64,000 nt of DNA from Nitrospinota bacterium (GTDB lineage Bacteria; UBA8248). A program made the translations under genes and the position numbers. This document shows, piece by piece, positions 39,100 to 51,533 of this stretch; position 1 is the first letter of the stretch; each line of letters starts with the position of its first letter. A model generated the notes under the pieces. It worked only from the letters and a program-made list of their open reading frames with translations, had not been told where the DNA came from and did no database searches. The DNA lies in NCBI GenBank assembly GCA_026706735.1, contig JAPOYD010000152.1, positions 1,587 to 65,586 on the forward strand, written 5' to 3'.

Positions 39100-39864
39100 A
39101 TGTCTACAAAACTACTGGCGGATAAGCGTGTCATCATCACAGGAGCATCAACCGGTATCGGAGCCGCTATCGCCCACGAATACGCCAAAGCAGGGGCTCA
39201 CTTATGGGGAACGGGAGGTAGCGATCTACAAGGACTGCGAAGCACCATCAATGCGTGTAAAAACCTTGGCGTAAACGCCGGTGGAAAATGTTATGATTTA
39301 TCCAAAGCGCGGCGCACCGTTCAACTGATTCGTGATGGCGTCGACTTTCTGGGTGGACTTGATATTTTAGTCATTTGCGCGGGCACTCGAGCCTTCAAGC
39401 CGATTGTCGAAATCACAGATGATGAAGTCGACCTCTTGTTCGAAGTCAATGCGAAAGCCGCCTACATCGCATCCCGTGAAGCAGCAAAAGTGATGATGCC
39501 TCAAAAAAGCGGCTCAATCCTGATGATAGGTTCTTCCGCCGGGTACCGAGGCAGAGCAGATACGAGTCTCTATTCGGTGACCAAATCCGTGCTTCACCAT
39601 CTCACGAAATGCCTGGCCCTGGAATTAGGGCCTCTGGGAGTTCGCGTGAACTGCCTGGCACCGGGCCTAGTTGCAAGCCCGCGCGTAAAAGCAAGGCTCG
39701 ACGCAAAACCTGTATATCTCCAGTCCAGGTTAGAGAGCATACCACTCCATCAACTCGGTACGGTCGAGAATATGGCGGCCACTGCTCTGTTTATGGTCTC
39801 TCCTGGAAATGAATTCATGAATGGCTCGATTGTGCTTTCGGATGGGGGCGTCACTGCAGGGTAG
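39100..39864 (+). CDS. SDR-family oxidoreductase
   Basis: 254 aa; ITGASTGIGAAIA Rossmann motif and catalytic S(142-ish)...YxxxK (YSVTK). Confidence 0.85.
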   Translation: MSTKLLADKRVIITGASTGIGAAIAHEYAKAGAHLWGTGGSDLQGLRSTINACKNLGVNAGGKCYDLSKARRTVQLIRDGVDFLGGLDILVICAGTRAFKPIVEITDDEVDLLFEVNAKAAYIASREAAKVMMPQKSGSILMIGSSAGYRGRADTSLYSVTKSVLHHLTKCLALELGPLGVRVNCLAPGLVASPRVKARLDAKPVYLQSRLESIPLHQLGTVENMAATALFMVSPGNEFMNGSIVLSDGGVTAG

Positions 39865-39869
39865 AAACC

Positions 39870-41225
39870 ATGCACGATGCGATGATGAGAATTTCAAGAA
39901 AGAAGTTGTCTGTTCTTATAGCTCTAGTCTGCGTCTTCATCTTCTATCCACATGAAAATATAGCCGAAGGCTCAGAAACTCTCGTTACTCACCAAACACT
40001 CACCGCCTTAGTATCAAGCAGAACGAAGTGGTTGTTGACAGCACCTGCCGAAAAAGGTTCTTCAAAGACAAAAACTACCCTTCTGGCCTTTACAATGGAT
40101 GGCGATTTTCATCCCATCACCTTCAAGAAATCAGGCGGACTCTTTCGTGTGCATGTGCAAGACCACCCCACCCCCTCCGACCTAGCTGCAAATGTCCCAC
40201 CCACGCAATTGTCCGACGGAAGCTTTGTGGGCGCAGGAAAAAGCGGAATGTTCATCAATGTCGACACTATCGAACGGCGTTGGTTGTTCGTCTGGCCAAG
40301 CATCCGCCCTTCAATCCTATCAAAACCCGCCGTATTGGATAGAGATGACGTGGCAATGGTCGGCGTCGATGGCTCCTTACTTTTATTCCAAAAAAAAGAG
40401 GGCAAATGGCTCCAAACTCAACTCATTAAAGCGAAAACGGCAAGAGTGTTGCCAGACGCTGTCTTAACAACAGCGGATCTGGACGGAGATGGAAGAAAAG
40501 AACTAATAGTGCCCGCTGTACCTTCCAGACTTTATGGACACGCCATATTCGGCGATGACATCGAGCCAACAGAAATTCACGCATATCGCTTCAACCAAAA
40601 ATCTCTCCAACTCATGGCCAAATACACCGCAGGCAAGAATGGTGTTTTCGAAGCCATTGGCACCCTAGTCTCGGACTTGGACAAAGACGGGAAACAGGAA
40701 ATTCTAGTCACCAAAAGTGACTACGACCGTGGAGCGACTCATCTAGTTTTAGGCATGAGGAATAACAAACTTGCGCTAAAAGCCCGAGGTGACGCAATCG
40801 GGCAGGGAAATCGCTGGTCGCATCTATTGGGCGCATTTAATATCGATGGCAGTGCTCCGAAAGTTCTAGCCGTAGAAACGCCACATTTGGCAGGCTTCTT
40901 GCTGGCACTGCGGCTTAGTGGAAAACGACTCCGCGAACGAGCTCGCATGGCTGGTTTCACCACGCATTCGGTTGGTTCACGTAACCTTTGGGAATTCACT
41001 TTGCTAAGACGTCGGGGAGTTGCGGAAGTTGTGATGCAAGAAGTCGGCCGGCAGCATTTGAGCGGGCTAGCGCTATTCGGAAATCGCTGGCATTTCAGAT
41101 GGACGAGGCCTATTCCCTCACCCGTTCGTTCCAACATACTCACCGCAGATTTCAACCAAGACGCGAAAGACGACATCGCTTTCGTCGATCAATCCGGCCT
41201 CGTGCACATTTATTTATCCAAGTAA
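39870..41225 (+). CDS. Secreted FG-GAP/VCBS-like repeat protein (beta-propeller-type)
   Basis: 451 aa; N-terminal signal/TM, repeated Asp-rich calcium-binding-like loops TADLDGDGRKELIV, SDLDKDGKQEILV and ADFNQDAKDDIAFV typical of FG-GAP repeats. Confidence 0.5.
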   Translation: MHDAMMRISRKKLSVLIALVCVFIFYPHENIAEGSETLVTHQTLTALVSSRTKWLLTAPAEKGSSKTKTTLLAFTMDGDFHPITFKKSGGLFRVHVQDHPTPSDLAANVPPTQLSDGSFVGAGKSGMFINVDTIERRWLFVWPSIRPSILSKPAVLDRDDVAMVGVDGSLLLFQKKEGKWLQTQLIKAKTARVLPDAVLTTADLDGDGRKELIVPAVPSRLYGHAIFGDDIEPTEIHAYRFNQKSLQLMAKYTAGKNGVFEAIGTLVSDLDKDGKQEILVTKSDYDRGATHLVLGMRNNKLALKARGDAIGQGNRWSHLLGAFNIDGSAPKVLAVETPHLAGFLLALRLSGKRLRERARMAGFTTHSVGSRNLWEFTLLRRRGVAEVVMQEVGRQHLSGLALFGNRWHFRWTRPIPSPVRSNILTADFNQDAKDDIAFVDQSGLVHIYLSK

Positions 41226-41326
41226 ATCCTCATCGATTCAATTTGGAAACGGCGATCGATTCGAAAATGCGACATCTTCTCATTTCCAAAACAATCAATA
41301 TTGTCAGAATGACATACGGTACACTA

Positions 41327-42670
<1,344 letters not shown>

Positions 42671-42809
42671 CTAGGGTAGCCCATCTTAAGCGAAGGATAA
42701 AAGGCGGGAAGTAACTTATACATCCTCATTTCATTGATCTTTGAAACGTCGAATGATATCGCAATAGAAACTCAGTTTGTCTACAAATTTCAAGAAGGAA
42801 TGTAATGTG

Positions 42810-44021
42810 ATGCCACTGACTGGTATACGTGTATTAGACTTGAGCCGCCTGCTTCCCGGCGGGCAATGTACTTTGATGCTCGCCGATATGGGAGCGGATG
42901 TCATCAAAATAGAAGAACCGCTGCGCGGCGATTATATCCGCCTCGCAGCCCCATTTGATGAACATGGCGTATCCCCTCTTCACCTCTGCTACAACCGCAA
43001 TAAACGCTCTTTAGCATTAGATCTTAAGAATGAAAACGGTATATCCACATTCATCAAGTTGGTGAAGGATACAGACGTTCTCGTCGATAGCTTCAGACCG
43101 GGGGTGATGGAGCGCCTTGGGATTGGCTATCAAAAACTCAAAAAAGAGAACCCAGCCCTTGTCCATTGCTCAATCACCGGATATGGACAAGATGGTCCTC
43201 TGGCTAGAACTCCGGGACATGATTTGAACTTCCAGGCCCTAGGTGGCGTCGTAGAACTTACTGGAGCCGCCGGAGGTCCACCGTATGTGCCCGGGGTGCT
43301 CATCGGGGATGTGGGCGCCGGAATCTGGGCGGCTTTCGCAATACTCGCGGCCTTACGCCTCGCAGACCGAACAGGCGTTGGACAATTTATCGACATGTCC
43401 ATGCTCGATGCTGTGATGAGTTTTTTATCCATCCACGGCCAAACATATCTCTCGACAGGTCAATGCCCAGGACGTGAAGAAATGCGACACAACGGCCGAA
43501 GACCATGTTACCGTCTCTATCCTACCAAAGACGGCCGGATGCTTTCTGTCGCATGCTCGGAGCCGAAATTTTGGATAAATTTATGCAAACTGATCGGGCT
43601 TGATGATTTTTACGATGACTATAGCGCTAGCGGTAAGCGACGCATGGATGTGATTCAAACACTCAATAATACTTTCCGAACAAAAACTCTCGATGAGTGG
43701 ATCACTTTTTTTGATGGGGCGGATGTATGCGTGAGCCCGGCGCTTAACATGCGCGAGAGCTTCGGACACACACAAGTTCAATCGAGTGGGCTCGTGAGGG
43801 AATATCAACATCCCGTCAATGGAACATATCCCGGTACGCGACCAGCACCGAAATTCTCGGACCTCTCAATAAGAGATTCCCTTCCCCCACCCCGGTTGGG
43901 AGAGCATTCTGTTGAAATATTAAAAGAATATGGGTTCCAAGATAAAGAAATTAAAGATTTGATGGCATCCGGAGCTTCCCACCAAGGTGCTGACCCCATA
44001 GGTGAAACCATCAGCGAATAA
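42810..44021 (+). CDS. CoA-transferase family III (CaiB/BaiF-like) protein
   Basis: MPLTGIRVLDLSRLLPG N-terminus and DVLVDSFRPGVMERLG motif of family III CoA-transferases; ATG 42810 with AAGGAA RBS (the ORF track starts 33 nt earlier). Confidence 0.8.
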   Translation: MPLTGIRVLDLSRLLPGGQCTLMLADMGADVIKIEEPLRGDYIRLAAPFDEHGVSPLHLCYNRNKRSLALDLKNENGISTFIKLVKDTDVLVDSFRPGVMERLGIGYQKLKKENPALVHCSITGYGQDGPLARTPGHDLNFQALGGVVELTGAAGGPPYVPGVLIGDVGAGIWAAFAILAALRLADRTGVGQFIDMSMLDAVMSFLSIHGQTYLSTGQCPGREEMRHNGRRPCYRLYPTKDGRMLSVACSEPKFWINLCKLIGLDDFYDDYSASGKRRMDVIQTLNNTFRTKTLDEWITFFDGADVCVSPALNMRESFGHTQVQSSGLVREYQHPVNGTYPGTRPAPKFSDLSIRDSLPPPRLGEHSVEILKEYGFQDKEIKDLMASGASHQGADPIGETISE

Positions 44022-44125
44022 AGCTACTTCAATTTTAGAACCCATTAAGTGGAATATGATTGGATATCTAACCGGTAGGATTACAGAAATTTGGGCCAAA
44101 ATAGTTTAACGATATGAATCACTCT

Positions 44126-44590
44126 TTATTCGATATTGGTGCGTTCTTCTAATTTTTCCAACTCAGCTTCGAAATCTTTGAGGGTCTTGAATGAGCGATA
44201 GACTGATGCGAAACGCACATAGGCTACCTCATCTACATCCCTCAACTCTCCCATGAGCTTCTCTCCAATTGCTTCTGTCGATATCTCTTTCTCGCCACTA
44301 TCAAGTATATAGCGTTCTATTCGGTCGACAATCGCTTCTTGATCCTCGGCAGAAACAGGCCTTTTCTCCAGCGCCTTCTTGATGCCTATGCTTATTTTGT
44401 CACGAAGATAATTTACACGTGTGCCATCTTTCTTAATAATAAGTGGCCAAGAGACTTCCGCCCTCTCATAAGTTGTAAAACGGTGAGCGCATTTCTCGCA
44501 CTCACGTCTTCTGCGAATTGAGTTGCCTTCCTTGGTCGTCCGGCTGTCGACCACTTTACTCTCAGAGTGACTACATATCGGACATTTCAT
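44126..44590 (-). CDS. nrdR: Transcriptional repressor NrdR
   Basis: 154 aa; N-terminal zinc ribbon [17 protein letters not shown]...[16 protein letters not shown] followed by ATP-cone domain. Confidence 0.9.
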   Translation of the reverse strand: MKCPICSHSESKVVDSRTTKEGNSIRRRRECEKCAHRFTTYERAEVSWPLIIKKDGTRVNYLRDKISIGIKKALEKRPVSAEDQEAIVDRIERYILDSGEKEISTEAIGEKLMGELRDVDEVAYVRFASVYRSFKTLKDFEAELEKLEERTNIE

Positions 44591-44617
44591 AAGAATCCGG
44601 CCCGTGCTGTAGAATCA

Positions 44618-45076
44618 TCAGGACGTCGGCTGGAACGCATCCTCAATATCAGAAATCTTATCCAAACGGCGGGAATGACGCCCGCCTTCAAACTCTGTTT
44701 CCAACCAAATGGCTACAATTCTTTCTGCCTCTTCAAGGCTCACCACCCGACCACCTAGAGCCAAGACATTGGCATCATTGTGCAAGCGGCTCATTCGCGC
44801 CGCCCACTCATTGTGACAGGCTACGGCGCGAACACCCGGAAATTTATTCGCCACGATAACCATTCCCGCGGCAGACCCACAACAGAAAATTCCCCCTTCA
44901 GAGTTGCCTTCGCTCACTGAACGAGCGGCGAGTTCGGCATAATCCGGATAATCACAAGATTCATCGGAGTTCGTCCCGAAATCAAGATATGGAATCGCTC
45001 TATCATCAAGCATTTGTTTGACTACTTCCTTGAGTTCATACCCTCCATGGTCAGCTGCAAGAGCAATACGCTTCAT
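44618..45076 (-). CDS. rpiB: Ribose-5-phosphate isomerase B
   Basis: MKRIALAADHGGYELKE N-terminus, CGSAAGM motif; ATG 45076 with GGAGA RBS. Confidence 0.9.
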   Translation of the reverse strand: MKRIALAADHGGYELKEVVKQMLDDRAIPYLDFGTNSDESCDYPDYAELAARSVSEGNSEGGIFCCGSAAGMVIVANKFPGVRAVACHNEWAARMSRLHNDANVLALGGRVVSLEEAERIVAIWLETEFEGGRHSRRLDKISDIEDAFQPTS

Positions 45077-45279
45077 CGGGAATCTCCGGGCGATGTGTGT
45101 TGGAGGGATACAACCACTCAAAACCTAGGCTGTAGCAAACTATAAGTCAAGCAATCACTATTCACACTATGATTCCAAAGTCTTTGAAATCACGTAGAAA
45201 GAGAACCTAAATTGCGCCCATTGCAAACGACACCAATCTATTTGGCACGTGCAAACACATTTTTATTCAACAGTAAGCA

Positions 45280-46557
45280 TCAATATGGTTTCAATTCTGT
45301 TCCGGAAATTGATTTGCCCATTAGGAGCCTTGATGCCTCCTGCGCTGTTTTCTTGAATTCATTCTCTGCAGCCAACCTTTCTCCTTTTTCCTGTAAACAC
45401 CGTGCCTCGATTAAATGCAGTGCCAAACGTACCCAAGAATCCTGACCATCTGCTGACACGGTCATGGCGGATACCTGCTCCAAGCTTTTATCGACTTTCT
45501 CGATTTGACCTGCTTCGAGCATCAACGCTGCGTGTAGCACATGATGGTGAATATCTTTCTCCCTGCGCTTTCCCGCAGATTGAACAATTGCAGCGGCTTT
45601 TTTAATCGCGTTTTGTGACTCCAGAGGCCCAACAGCTAACGCTAACCTTTGTAAAAACTCCAAACCACCTAAAGTCTGATAGCCATTTTCCCAAGTACGT
45701 AGAGCTCGCCGTTCACGACCTGCTGCCAACTGCGCATCGCCCAATAAAAGGTGTACTTTTTTCTCCTTGGCTAGATGGCGCCGAGCTTGTTCTAAAAAAA
45801 TAATGGCCGCCTCTGGGTCAGAATTATTAAATTTAGCTTCTCCTGCAGCTAGATACGCACGCCCAGCTATTTGGTTATCCGCCTCCCGATCCATATCTGA
45901 CACGCCCGATTGTGAGAGTTTCTCACAAATATTGACAGCAGCCTCAATGCGGCCATTTTCCAAATACATATCCCTGAGTTTTCGCAACAACAAAGGGCTC
46001 GCACCTCTCCCTGCAATATTTTGCGCAAGTAATTCAAGAGCTTCTTTCGACTGACCGGATTGATCTAAAGTTTCCGACAAGCGGATAATGGAATCAGGTG
46101 AGTTGTTTGTGACAGCAAGAAGGCGCTTATTCCATTGAATAGCATCATTGGGATTGCCGGAATCTATAGCTAAATCTGCGGCCAGCCTCAAAGCGGGTAT
46201 AAAGTATGGATCATCCTTGAGGGCGCGCCTAAGTTCTCTTCGGGCGCGCCTTCTTTTCCCTTGAATTCCAAAGCTTTGGGCCCTAGAAAATCGCTCTTGA
46301 GCACGATGTAAACGTTTTTGTTTCTTTACAATCTTCTGACGCGAAAACCAACCAAGAGCAGCCTCCCCCCATCCTAGAACAGAGGCCAGAAACGAACCAA
46401 TGAGAGCCGCTCCAAATACCACTAGAGCTAATGGTACTCGCACAGACCAGACATCCGTGAGACGCAGTTCTATGACTTCTCGATTGTAGTGAAGAAAATA
46501 GACAGCAGCCACAACTGGAGCTGCAAGGATTAAGAGAGTCCGAATTTTCATTCGCAA
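45280..46557 (-). CDS. Membrane-anchored TPR protein with LapA-like (DUF1049) N-terminal domain and LapB/YciM-like TPR body, lacking the C-terminal rubredoxin-type Cys motif
   Basis: 425 aa; two N-terminal TM helices with LapA-like spacing (…LLILAAPVVAAVYFLHYNREVIELRL…PLALVVFGAALIGSFLASVLGW…), then about 8 TPR-like repeats; no CxxC pairs at the C-terminus. Confidence 0.5.
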   Translation of the reverse strand: MRMKIRTLLILAAPVVAAVYFLHYNREVIELRLTDVWSVRVPLALVVFGAALIGSFLASVLGWGEAALGWFSRQKIVKKQKRLHRAQERFSRAQSFGIQGKRRRARRELRRALKDDPYFIPALRLAADLAIDSGNPNDAIQWNKRLLAVTNNSPDSIIRLSETLDQSGQSKEALELLAQNIAGRGASPLLLRKLRDMYLENGRIEAAVNICEKLSQSGVSDMDREADNQIAGRAYLAAGEAKFNNSDPEAAIIFLEQARRHLAKEKKVHLLLGDAQLAAGRERRALRTWENGYQTLGGLEFLQRLALAVGPLESQNAIKKAAAIVQSAGKRREKDIHHHVLHAALMLEAGQIEKVDKSLEQVSAMTVSADGQDSWVRLALHLIEARCLQEKGERLAAENEFKKTAQEASRLLMGKSISGTELKPY

Positions 46558-46572
46558 CTCACAGGCCGGTAT

Positions 46573-46950
46573 TTAACTACCGCCGCGCCTTTCAATTGCA
46601 TTTTGAGCCGCCACTGTATAACGAGCATAGGGAATCGCTTCCAGGCGGGAATAGGGAATCGGCTCATCCGACTCCTCACAAATACCATAAAGTCCTTCTT
46701 CTATCCTCTGAAATGCTGCTTCCACTTCCCGCAAACGCTCCCGCTCCCTTTCTCCTAAATCCATTAAAACCTGACGAGAATAGGTGTCGGCAGCCATGTC
46801 CGCAATATCTTGAGTCCCATCATCACCGATTTCTTTGGTGTGTATCTTACTTTTCTCAACATCCCCAAGTATTTCGCGGCGCACTGCATTCAATCTTTCT
46901 GCTAAATCTCTTAACTGTTTTTTAGTCAAATGCTTCACTCTGAACCTCAA
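46573..46950 (-). CDS. DksA/TraR-family protein with degenerate zinc finger
   Basis: 125 aa; coiled-coil N-region and C-terminal YGICEESDEPIPYSRLEAIPYARYTVAAQ aligning with the DksA CxxC-(17)-CxxC finger, but only the first Cys is retained. Confidence 0.5.
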   Translation of the reverse strand: MRFRVKHLTKKQLRDLAERLNAVRREILGDVEKSKIHTKEIGDDGTQDIADMAADTYSRQVLMDLGERERERLREVEAAFQRIEEGLYGICEESDEPIPYSRLEAIPYARYTVAAQNAIERRGGS

Positions 46951-46966
46951 CTTTCATTCTGATGAT

Positions 46967-47263
46967 CTAAGCACTGGATACTATTGGTTTGATGACGGAT
47001 GCGTGCGACCATAAATCTTCTAGTCGGTAAAAATCTCGGCTCTTTTCATTGAATATGTGGACAAGAAAATCACCACAATCCATCAACACCCAATTTCCTT
47101 CAGTTAACCCTTCTATCAATAATACAGTATCCCCAATTCTCTTAAGTTTTTCTCTAGCCGCCTCACAAAGCGCTTGTACATGTCGGAGGCTCGTTCCATG
47201 GCAAATCAAAAAAGCATCCACCTCGGCGGATAGAGGTCGAAGGTCCAAAAGCACTACTTTCAT
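46967..47263 (-). CDS. rsfS: Ribosomal silencing factor RsfS (Iojap)
   Basis: 98 aa; DAFLICHGTSLRHVQAL and WVLMDCGDFLVHIF motifs of the RsfS/Iojap family; located next to nadD as usual. Confidence 0.85.
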   Translation of the reverse strand: MKVVLLDLRPLSAEVDAFLICHGTSLRHVQALCEAAREKLKRIGDTVLLIEGLTEGNWVLMDCGDFLVHIFNEKSRDFYRLEDLWSHASVIKPIVSSA

Positions 47264-47352
47264 GGCTTTCTTCTCTTCTAATGACTCTTGGAGAGCATGA
47301 AGACGATTCTCTAGTTTCTTAATAGGTCTCCATCCTCCTCAATCTTTAGCCT

Positions 47353-48027
47353 TTAGCGAACTATTCCCGAATGCCCATATAATCGGCGGCGAATTATAAA
47401 GAGTTCGACCTCGGGTGGCAATAAATGCTGTATGGAGGATGACTCTTTTATGCACTGCCTGATCCGGGTTGCTGAAATGTCAATTTCAGTGATCGGAATA
47501 AATTTTATCACCCGCTTCTTATCAGTAGATTTAACTTCTTTTAATAATCTGTTGATGAAATAACTTGGCTCAATTTCTTGAATCACTCGGAGAAGCATTT
47601 CGAAATACTCTGGAGTATTTTGATATCCTCGCAAAGTAACAGCAAAATTAGTGGCGTTTAACACTTCTTTTGGTTTGTACCATGTGCTCAACTCAAGAAA
47701 CGCATCCGCGCCGATAATGAAGAACATTTCATTTTTCTCGGGTATCTTTCTCGTAAGTTCCTCCAAAGTGTCAAGGGTATAAGATGCCCCTCCCCGCTCT
47801 ATTTCAACGGGATCACATACATATGCGGGATAATTCTCCAAAGCAATACGAACCATTTTCAGCCTGTCATCCGCTGAGGCGACTTCATCTTTTGGTTTAT
47901 GAGGCGGCAAAGCAGACGGAACAAACCTGATTTCATCAAGCATCAGTTCTTTATACACTTCTTCGGCGGACCGGAGGTGCCCATAGTGAATCGGGTTAAA
48001 TGTTCCGCCTAAAATCCCGATGCGCAA
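47353..48027 (-). CDS. nadD: Nicotinate-nucleotide adenylyltransferase
   Basis: 224 aa; IGILGGTFNPIHYGHL (HxGH) nucleotidyltransferase motif and ISATRIR C-terminal motif. Confidence 0.9.
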   Translation of the reverse strand: MRIGILGGTFNPIHYGHLRSAEEVYKELMLDEIRFVPSALPPHKPKDEVASADDRLKMVRIALENYPAYVCDPVEIERGGASYTLDTLEELTRKIPEKNEMFFIIGADAFLELSTWYKPKEVLNATNFAVTLRGYQNTPEYFEMLLRVIQEIEPSYFINRLLKEVKSTDKKRVIKFIPITEIDISATRIRQCIKESSSIQHLLPPEVELFIIRRRLYGHSGIVR

Positions 48028-48045
48028 TCGCTCTCCTTGGTTTTT

Positions 48046-49196
48046 CTATTCTTCCTCAATCAAAACAAAATTGTTTCGGTGAATGATCTCATCGTAATCC
48101 TTGCTTCCAAGAATAGAGGCGATTTCTTTGGTTTGTTTCCCTGCGATTCGCGTAGCATCATCACTCGAATAGTTCGCTAGTCCTCTGCCAAATGCCACTC
48201 CTTGAGTATCACGTATCTCCACCACATCACCAAAACGAAAATTCCCTCCAACGGATAATACACCACTCGGCAAAAGGCTTTTTCCTCTCTTCAGCATGGC
48301 GTTTACGGCACCGCTATCGAGTTTAAGCCACCCGCGGGTTTTAGCCGTGGTTCCTATCCAGCCCTTTTTCCCCTTTAAGCGCGCACCATTCGGCACGAAA
48401 AGCGTCCCCAACGGCTCGCCCATCACAACACGTTCGATAATATTGGGGTCTCGCCCCCTCACTATAAGTGTGCTAATACCCACTTTATTGAGGATATTAA
48501 CGGCTTCAACCTTCGTACGCATTCCTCCATGAGCAAGTGGGTTCGGGCTGGTGCCTGCGACCGAGGTAATTTCCTTAGGCAGACCCTCAACACGGGGAAT
48601 CAAACGCGCCATTTTTGATCGCCTAGGGTCCTCATCATACAAGCCTGCCACATCTGACAAGATAATGACGAGACCTGCCTGAACTATTTGGGCTGTCTGG
48701 GCGGCCAGTGTGTCGTTGTCTCCAAAACGGATTTCCTCAATGGAAACTGTATCGTTTTCGTTCACAATTGGGAGCACACCTTTGTTGATCAACGCTTGAA
48801 AAGTATTACAAGCGTTCAAAAATCGGCTTCTCTCATCTAAATCTGAATGAATGAGCAACACCTGTGCCGTCTCGATGCCTCTCTGTTTGAATGCACGGCC
48901 ATATGCTTCCATCAAGATGGGCTGGCCAACTGCAGCGGCGGCTTGGCGTTCAGGAACTGCTTTGGGAATTCCTTTAAGACCCAGCCTTTTCACACCAGCC
49001 GCAATGGCACCAGATGAAACCATAACGACTTGCCTGCCCTCTTCTCTGAGTTTAGCCACTTGGGAGGCGATGCGCCCCAAAACTCTACGGTTCACGCCCA
49101 ATTCATCAGATGCTGTCAAAACCGAGCTTCCCACTTTGACCACAATGCGCCGACTCTTGAGTACAGGATCATTTCTTCTGATCATCGTCTCACTCA

Positions 49197-49197
<1 letters not shown>
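48046..49197 (-). CDS. proB: Glutamate 5-kinase
   Basis: 383 aa; amino-acid kinase domain (RIVVKVGSSVLT, VSSGAIAAG) plus C-terminal PUA domain. Confidence 0.9.
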
Positions 49198-50523
<1,326 letters not shown>

Positions 50524-50535
50524 ATTCTAATCCTT

Positions 50536-50853
50536 TCATCCTGAAGCGAGGATGTCTGTCACTTCTATTTGAGTATAAGGCTGCCTGTGCCCTCGTTTGG
50601 TCCGAACTTTTTTGCGGCGTTTGAATCGAAAAGCTACAACTTTTTGTCCACGCCCATGGTCACGAATCACCGCTTTTACTTTAGCTTTGCTCAACGCTTC
50701 TTTATCTGCAACAACTTCTTCTCCATCTACGATAAGTCGAACATCCTCAAACTCGACGCTTTCTCCAACATTACCGGGCAAGCGCTCAACTAAGATTTGA
50801 TCTCCCGTTTCAATACGTACCTGCTTACCCCCGGTTTCCACTACAGCATACAT
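50536..50853 (-). CDS. rplU: 50S ribosomal protein L21
   Basis: 105 aa; MYAVVETGGKQVRIETGD N-terminus typical of L21; rplU-rpmA-obg operon order. Confidence 0.95.
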   Translation of the reverse strand: MYAVVETGGKQVRIETGDQILVERLPGNVGESVEFEDVRLIVDGEEVVADKEALSKAKVKAVIRDHGRGQKVVAFRFKRRKKVRTKRGHRQPYTQIEVTDILASG

Positions 50854-51005
50854 TCAAAAAATCTCCTTGAAGCCCAAATTATGCTTTGGTCTTTAAAAAT
50901 CAACCATTTCCCTAACTTTCGGCCATAACGAGGAGGATATCTATCAATCCAGTCACTAAAAGTCAATTCTAAGTCTTAACAAACTGATAATCTTTTTCAT
51001 TATTC

Positions 51006-51377
51006 TTATTTTCTTTTCTTCTTGATCAAGCTAAACGTCACTCGTTCGGCCCGAAACGACACGGTACGCCTGACAGGCAAATATCCCTTCTTTTGTACTG
51101 ATACGGTAAAGCCCTTGAAAATATCTTTCATGCCTGCTTTAAATTTTAGCCGCAACGGTGTTTTTCCTTGGTAAATATCATCGATGAAAACATCTGCCTG
51201 TGGTGGATTCGACGTGACGATTAGTTGACGATTCTTGAAGCCTTTAATCGGATTCTCAACATTCCTCTCCCACCATTTCCCCATTTGCTTTCTGGTATTG
51301 CCACATCCTGACACACCCGGCAGAAGCAAGAGGAAAATAATAAAACCCACAATAAGCTGTAACGAAGGCTTATGCAT
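51006..51377 (-). CDS. Small lipoprotein with PEGA domain
   Basis: 123 aa; signal plus lipobox GVSGC; LIVTSNPPQADVFIDDIYQGKTPL matches the PEGA motif. Confidence 0.6.
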   Translation of the reverse strand: MHKPSLQLIVGFIIFLLLLPGVSGCGNTRKQMGKWWERNVENPIKGFKNRQLIVTSNPPQADVFIDDIYQGKTPLRLKFKAGMKDIFKGFTVSVQKKGYLPVRRTVSFRAERVTFSLIKKKRK

Positions 51378-51533
51378 ATTTCCTCGATTCTATTTTCGAG
51401 ACATAATCAAAACCCTTTGAAAATCGACACTCTCGAAAACACCAAAACTATACATAACATCAGCTTACACTGAAAACATCATGAGGAAAAACACTTCATT
51501 ATGGGATGCATCCGCTTTGTTAGCGCTCCTCTT

